A stretch of 64,000 nt of DNA, taken from positions 62,001 through 126,000 of the forward strand of contig NW_027191496.1 in NCBI RefSeq assembly GCF_011745625.1, given 5' to 3'. Source of the stretch: Cladosporium halotolerans (taxonomy: Eukaryota). A program made the translations under genes and the position numbers. Position 1 is the stretch's first letter. Each line of letters starts with the position of its first letter. The notes below the pieces were generated by a model that saw only the letters and a list, made by a program, of their open reading frames with translations, was not told the DNA's origin and ran no database searches. Positions 59,602 to 64,000 of this stretch are shown piece by piece.

Positions 59602-61340
59602 CCTGGCTGAATGTAGATGTGTTGCGAGGATGTGGTGGCTTTCGAGTGATGAACCTTGTTGTGAGAAGATGAGATAGCAATGATGAGCAGTCCATACCTG
59701 TGGCTGCTCTTAATGTATTGTAGTCTTCATGGTGTTGATATGGACAGCGTCGCCCCATGGGGTTAGCGCGTCCGTTCTGTGTACGCCTGGGAGTTGGCTG
59801 GGACGGGTTCCAATTCTAGAATTGCCCGCCTCATAAGCCTTACGATAAAGAAACGTCACTGGGTCCTACTAGCCGCCTGGAATAAGCCCAATATCGCCTT
59901 GGCTATCACCCTGCTTCCCGATGTGGCTTGACATTGCCTACACACGAGGCATTTGAGATCACGAGCCCACTCAATAAGGTGCATCAAGGTGGGCATGTCT
60001 CCTGTCAGACCATGTTCAGTTTGTGCTCGCGAAGTTACGGCCTGCGATGCAGAGACCGCGTTACCAGCCATCGTTTGAAGCGATGCTGGTTCTGCAATCA
60101 ACTGGGGACGCGGTCTCTTCGTCCAGACATTGCGCGATAAGGGTTGCCCAAGCCTGTTCATACAGACTTCGCTAAGAAGGCAGGCTTTCCTCGTGAGCAA
60201 GGCTGGAAGCGCAGTGGCTTGGGAACTCCGGTATTGGCAGCTAATTGCGATGGGCTTTCGCGTTGTGTCACGCTCAAGCAGCGGCTGCAGTGGCAAATGA
60301 CCGCGACCCCCCTAGCTATTCCAGTCAGGGTTGACTGTCGTTATCTACTGTAGAATAGTCCCGTGTGAAGGCCTCTGGGATGTACCATCCGAAGCCACGG
60401 TTCAAAGCGCGCAAGAACGCTGCTGTTGTTGAAGCCACAGTGAGACTCAGAAGCCGGCTACAGATGTAAGTTGTTCCATCAGCCATCGCTAAGTGTACAC
60501 ATCGGGCCTTCCTGTAACTGTATCAAGGCTTCCATGGCTTCGATGCTGAACAACCCCCCCGGACTGGGATGCGCAACGCAAGAAGTGAGGTCAGCCACTC
60601 ATCGATCCGCCATGAGGATCGGTGGTCTGTTCTTGGGATGTCCTGACACCAGATCAGAGTTTCGTACCGTCGGCATGGAAGCGACAGGTGCCGAGTCCAC
60701 GTTGAGGCATGCAAAGTCGTGATGGGTGTAATCTTTGTGGTCTAGACACGTCAGCGGAGTGAATGGAAGTTGAAACCCTTTCGGGAAGCAGCATTCCGAG
60801 TCAGATTTGATTGGTCAGTCTCAAGCTCGGATCCTGCCGCCGCTAAGGATGCTTATTCTTCCGCCTTTTATCTGACTTTCGCAACCTCCCTTGTGACGAG
60901 CTCAAGATCTAACTTTAGATAAGGGTAGCAGAGAAATCGACAGCTCTTATCTCAAGTCTTCTGATTCTTCAGCATTGTACACCCCGAACAGAGTTCACGT
61001 CGACTGCCTTCCTGTTTGTTTGGACGATTAAGGGTAAGTTGGGGTACTTAGGGTTAGGGTCTGGCGGCGTTACATCTCTTCAGTGGTCATTATCCTCGCT
61101 TCATGTTTGATGATTTGTCTCATAGCCAATGTAGTGCATGGTATATTAACAATTTGAGGGATTTAGGTGTATTTGGGCATTGTGTATTGGCGTCGCTGAC
61201 GGCCTCGTTGTCAAGTATGTCGTCCTTGTGAAGCTCATGACTTGAAGAGTAAGAACGGTGCTCTCTTCCTGAAGGGAGACGAGGAACTAAATTCTTTGAC
61301 CCGTATATACTCTCGTAACGTCATTACAGCCTCTCAACAT

Positions 61341-63998
<2,658 letters not shown>

Positions 63999-64000
63999 GC

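Noticed and set aside
59856..60296. 146-aa ORF with a CLVCRQC motif between the Rieske and DMG oxidase genes
   Set aside because: Non-ATG start, no coding-like bias, and a single CxxC is insufficient evidence.
61028..61060. TTAGGGTTAGGG telomere-like sequence
   Set aside because: Only two perfect units and no subtelomeric features; compatible with chance.

Overview
Gene-dense eukaryotic DNA from a filamentous ascomycete. Short GT-AG introns with CTRAC branch points and C-rich codon usage suggest a Dothideomycete, which is an inference only. I built 28 protein-coding gene models by eye from the ORF track and splice signals. Most are housekeeping genes: POP2 3' end, GRS1, HapE, NCS-1, COG6, HymA, a PAS hybrid histidine kinase, Cdb4, a double-PHD protein, a DDHD lipase, SRC1, AOS1, CWC27, GET5, PHO88 and RAD14. 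Accessory genes include a DHA1 MFS transporter, an SDR, an F-box-like protein, SurE, an S1/P1 nuclease and RTA1. I found no rRNA, tRNA, CRISPR array or intact transposon. Highlights: (1) a Rieske monooxygenase plus an intronless, PTS1-tagged dimethylglycine oxidase at the right edge, probably part of a betaine-demethylation cluster; (2) two candidate non-AUG mitochondrial-type N-terminal extensions (GRS1 GTG, DDHD lipase TTG); (3) an alternative, non-myristoylated first exon nested in the long NCS-1 intron; (4) a (T)GATACC motif on the sense strand behind the stop codon of 10 genes; (5) a GC-AG intron; (6) a closable assembly gap in hymA. All product names come from recognising motifs, not from database searches.
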